Source of the DNA: a virus
Direction: 5' to 3' (one strand)
IMG/VR virus record: IMGVR_UViG_3300042558_005646
Length of the DNA stretch: 64,000 nt
The position numbers and the translations under genes were made by a program. The notes beneath the pieces were generated by a model that was not told the origin of the DNA, ran no database searches, and saw only the letters and a list, made by a program, of their open reading frames with translations. Below, one piece after another: positions 61,601-64,000 of the stretch. Each line of letters opens with the position of its first letter. Position 1 is the first letter of the stretch.

Positions 61601-62323
61601 TTCTAGTTGATCATGAGTAAGATTGCCTTTACCTTCTAATGATGAGTGGTTGATAGTGGGTAATCTTGCAGAGTTGAGTACACCTGAAGTAATTTTTGAA
61701 GCGTCTACTGAAGAAATATTTTCGCTTGTAATTTGATTTTTAACTTCGCTAGTTAAATCTATGGGTGATGGGTTGCCAGATCCACCAATGTGTTTATGAT
61801 TTTTTATTAAATATGACAGAGATGAAAATAATGTAATATCTTGTCTTGTAGTTTCAAACAAAGATATAGCATTGGAAGCAACATTGATTTCTAAATATCC
61901 TAACGAAATATAATTAACACTATCATTTATTTCAGTTAGGGAAGTAACAAAATCAACGTCGCCTGTTATAGCAGTGTTGGCATTTTCATAAGCATAAACA
62001 TAGACTTTAGAAATTCCTACGTTTGTTGGAATAGTTGGCAGAGTTACATCTTTTGAAGATGATGTTTTGCCAGCTTTATAAGAGACAAAACCTTTACCTG
62101 AAGTAATAGTTATTTTTGTTAATCTAAATTCATTTGAGTAAGTTTGTATACGCCAAGATGGGATAGATGGATCGTCTTCAATAATTCCATTCTTGAAAAT
62201 TTGATATAGGTTGTACATTTGATTTTCAATAGCTTTAAAACGTAGCTCATCTAAATCAATGTTTTCTGATAAATCTTGGTTTGGTTCAATATATCCAAAC
62301 CCATAAATTGGTGTATTTCCCAT
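58658..62323 (-). CDS. Large tail/baseplate protein with C-terminal NHL/beta-propeller-like repeats
   Basis: 1221 aa; HKHIGG and VDASKITSGVLNSARLP fibre-like motif; NGGNIICDTKNDRII, LLSNGNVLLG, FHPKGMRIIANDNILVSE. Confidence 0.7.
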   Translation of the reverse strand: MGNTPIYGFGYIEPNQDLSENIDLDELRFKAIENQMYNLYQIFKNGIIEDDPSIPSWRIQTYSNEFRLTKITITSGKGFVSYKAGKTSSSKDVTLPTIPTNVGISKVYVYAYENANTAITGDVDFVTSLTEINDSVNYISLGYLEINVASNAISLFETTRQDITLFSSLSYLIKNHKHIGGSGNPSPIDLTSEVKNQITSENISSVDASKITSGVLNSARLPTINHSSLEGKGNLTHDQLETALLAVVNNDANDKMSDLSIANRLQMLVALKKTGGVGFTFIDSTQINTITYVPGIYPNTSTNAATGNSANFKQTSSVPSQYTLATIYDTAPYNSGLGISGSVTSSNFVGDKSFVVKNDFLQAKTVASSLGSSVNSFYSNVNISGSATTGSFTIDTPLNYTTLSQPVSSIFDTTGNWDTGLVFTTTYASNKVKVDTSLFAYTLFDQPKSFDYNSKVGFGFSAGLGETGAALGKIYMFLVVGNGNTDPGLLYDQQINFAPNTGTGASTIYISPVTNTKIFDDTTYGFTGSTATYSSVNLSTFGDNSLKSSVLGFGFYFSTDQGWNAEKQIKFELITPTDSQINPSGNNDSLVLARRNANDQSSSVFTWNDLYTYKNANFLLRFDSGDINTQYNQIQYDIDVPTGTKYTIQSRSNTSSDLFYNFKTVSESDVIIATPNTNSSTGRYLDVLFSLYSNEFQSLAPTVNNLKINYSTVGSATTRAYDRNLTDTSNQKFGWVSDVYYNKNAGYGVTNPDDTNYLKIYDTSKVGNWVYLRNNNLISAASNVLETTVEDGIDAGTLRNYLTPNQIFLKSTNYGLDNPSDYQSLPNGGNIICDTKNDRIILTDIDGNFTKVIQGNIRLRLLSRDFVALSASFNPDTRKIFIAFSQNISFVDLTKIYINYDNISVRGDDTRLSGEYFDPIFDNSSTYVFTIDDTVEGRALSVALKNSLTKKIRLDKGCFTNSGFSINTNTILSATIPTSTVSSVNRTEQFVAGISTSITGTSSIAAGLAVSTTTVNTVTDYNGDGTISSSVMYGPNAQSDDIILDLWQGPIHFANIYNPVSVQYDEINSLIILAQPHSRSVLCYKNDTDLTLQWAISSDIVNYYDNKLGSAYLLSNGNVLLGSPAIDSNDTGKLQVYNVSNGYIETKLTFNNDVVKALPGPASDLSNFYALTDDVINYGANSRLHLVNNSGTILSTWGDNNELFHPKGMRIIANDNILVSE

Positions 62324-62550
62324 TACTTAATTTCTTGTGGCTTATAATCTGATGTTACTTTTTCAACGCCCCAGTTTGCATATCCCCAGCGTAAAACATC
62401 TTGCTCTTCTATTATATTATTTTTATTGACGTTAATAACTTGTAAGGCCTGAGTTACATTAGACCTCAACGTCAAACCTTGTTGCATATTAATAGTGTTC
62501 TGTCTTATCTGATCATTTATCACAAAAGATAGAGATTGAAATAATGGCAT
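62323..62550 (-). CDS. Small hypothetical protein
   Basis: 75 aa with GGGAG SD; TAATG coupling downstream. Confidence 0.65.
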   Translation of the reverse strand: MPLFQSLSFVINDQIRQNTINMQQGLTLRSNVTQALQVINVNKNNIIEEQDVLRWGYANWGVEKVTSDYKPQEIK

Positions 62551-62551
62551 T

Positions 62552-64000
62552 TTATACTCCCCCTAAAGAAATTGGCATATTAGTTCCTCTTACATTTGCT
62601 GTTATTAAGTTGTTATTTTTATCGTAAGAATAATCTATACTTTGATACACATATTGATCAGTAAAGTTTGCATTTTGTCCTTGGAAAACATTTATCATAA
62701 ATTTTCCATGAAATGTAAGTGGCTTTGTAACATAGCATGAAAAAGATATTGCGCTTATTGGAGTCTTGGAAACTAGCTCAACACTATCAGTAATTCTTTT
62801 CAAGACTTGTTGATCTGGAATTTCATTTCTTTGAGTAGCCCAAATTAAATATTTTTTGAAGCCTACATATGGTGCTTGTGTTGCATCAAAAGGAGCTTTA
62901 GCTAGATATTTTAGCAAGCTAAGTTGAGCCTCAATGGGAACATCTTGCAAAGAAACGGAAGCAGGTGAGTATCTTTCATCAGCTAAGAATCCTGTTATAG
63001 CTGTACCAAATACTCTGACTCCTGCAGCTAGGTTTTTGATATCAGTAGTAATAGTATATTCATCAACTAACAATCCATGCAAATCAGTTTGAAACTTTGC
63101 CAAATAATTCTGTGGATTTGATTCGTTGCTTTGAAAAAGATATTGAGTGCCAGCTGGATTTAAGCCTGTAAATTTCAGATCTTTATCTATGTAGTTATTT
63201 CGACATTCCAATATAAATCCATACTTTTCTGCCCATCTAAAAGTTGGTAAAGAATATGGATTGTTTAGTCTTTCTAGAAGTTTTCCAAGTTTGTCATAAA
63301 TTTTATCTAATGGATTAAGCTTAATAAGATCTTGATTGTTAGTGGAGCTGCTATTTAATCTCAAATCAATTCCACTTATTACTCCACCCGATAATGAATC
63401 ATTGTTATTTCTAAAATAATATGACCAAAAGCCAGAACTAGCCATAATAGAATCAATAGCTAAGTCATGTCTCATTCCAGCTAGCAAGATGTTTTTATCA
63501 AAGTAAATATTATCAAGTATAAATGATGCTAAATCCTGACATGTAAGAGTAAAAGTGCTGTCATTTCCTTTTCTGGAATATGAAGAATTTGTAATAAAAC
63601 CTTGAAAATAAGTGCTTAAGCTTCCTTGAACATAACCAGCATCTATTGTTACTACCAACAAATTGTTTTCAATAGCGTTGATAAATTTGTATCCTTCTTC
63701 GGAATCTATGTTTTTTAAGGTTATTGTTGCAGATTTTGTAATTCTAGATAAATTTGATAAGACTGCTTGACAACTAACAGACCAAGAATCAACCCATCCA
63801 GTAACATTTCCAACTTCATAAAAAAGTTGATTTAGTACAGGATTAACAAACTTGTAATCTGTTTCTCCTTTATTGCCTGAATTTAAATTTGCTACTCCTT
63901 CAGCAGCTAATATTCCAGGATGAGGTACTTCAATTTGTAAAAATGCTGGACCTTCAATTGTTGTATTATATATGAGTTTTAAATAAACTGTTTTTTTGTC
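62552..64000 (-). CDS. Partial baseplate hub / Tal-like tail protein (5' end beyond the window)
   Basis: Frame stays open from 63661 to 64000 by manual translation; SATITLKN...VVTIDAGY..YFQGFIT..SYSRKG.DSTFTLTCQD is a gp27/gpD-type hub pattern. Confidence 0.55.
   Translation of the reverse strand, partial: DKKTVYLKLIYNTTIEGPAFLQIEVPHPGILAAEGVANLNSGNKGETDYKFVNPVLNQLFYEVGNVTGWVDSWSVSCQAVLSNLSRITKSATITLKNIDSEEGYKFINAIENNLLVVTIDAGYVQGSLSTYFQGFITNSSYSRKGNDSTFTLTCQDLASFILDNIYFDKNILLAGMRHDLAIDSIMASSGFWSYYFRNNNDSLSGGVISGIDLRLNSSSTNNQDLIKLNPLDKIYDKLGKLLERLNNPYSLPTFRWAEKYGFILECRNNYIDKDLKFTGLNPAGTQYLFQSNESNPQNYLAKFQTDLHGLLVDEYTITTDIKNLAAGVRVFGTAITGFLADERYSPASVSLQDVPIEAQLSLLKYLAKAPFDATQAPYVGFKKYLIWATQRNEIPDQQVLKRITDSVELVSKTPISAISFSCYVTKPLTFHGKFMINVFQGQNANFTDQYVYQSIDYSYDKNNNLITANVRGTNMPISLGGV

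Noticed and set aside
1-64000. Stop-codon reassignment, as seen in some huge phages
   Set aside because: Conserved genes (gyrA, gyrB, dnaK, clpX, phoH) are intact under code 11, and TAG, TAA and TGA all end genes at sensible places.
1-64000. CRISPR array, tRNA or rRNA genes
   Set aside because: No regularly spaced direct repeats or cloverleaf-like sequences were noticed, and intergenic gaps are mostly under 100 nt. A tRNAscan/CRISPR search was not run.

Overview
AT-rich segment of a large (jumbo/huge-type) tailed dsDNA bacteriophage genome. The standard genetic code fits: long ORFs are intact and TAG, TAA and TGA all act as stops. No rRNA, tRNA, CRISPR array, integrase or transposase was recognised. 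Layout: (1) 1-12 kb holds small hypothetical genes, a degenerate macro domain, ClpX, a gpF-like head protein, a GH108 lysin, a J-domain protein and PIN-PhoH. (2) 12-27.5 kb on the + strand holds a 1941-aa repeat-rich virion protein, gyrB-gyrA, minor tail/LamG genes and two paralogous tail-tube-like genes. (3) 27.5-36.3 kb on the - strand is an accessory block: DUF151-like nuclease, MerC-domain protein, Hsp70, SF2 helicase, class A DnaJ and three consecutive proteases (S1, S26, S8), plus one small + strand cassette. (4) 36.4-64 kb on the - strand is a run of very large tail/baseplate-like genes, the most upstream cut by the window edge. The most notable signals are: a shared LA-x2-LD-x2-G-x-Y-x2-AD / K-[ITL]-[SA]-[QA] peptide motif on otherwise unrelated proteins (possible capsid-targeting and maturation signal); a phage proteostasis toolkit including a ClpX with rewired substrate loops but an intact IGF loop; apparently leaderless promoters on dnaK, dnaJ and the helicase; a gyrase with a quinolone-insensitive-type QRDR and a ~70-aa ATPase insertion; and a repeat module dispersed over four giant virion proteins. 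All family calls come from motif recognition by eye; no database search was run.
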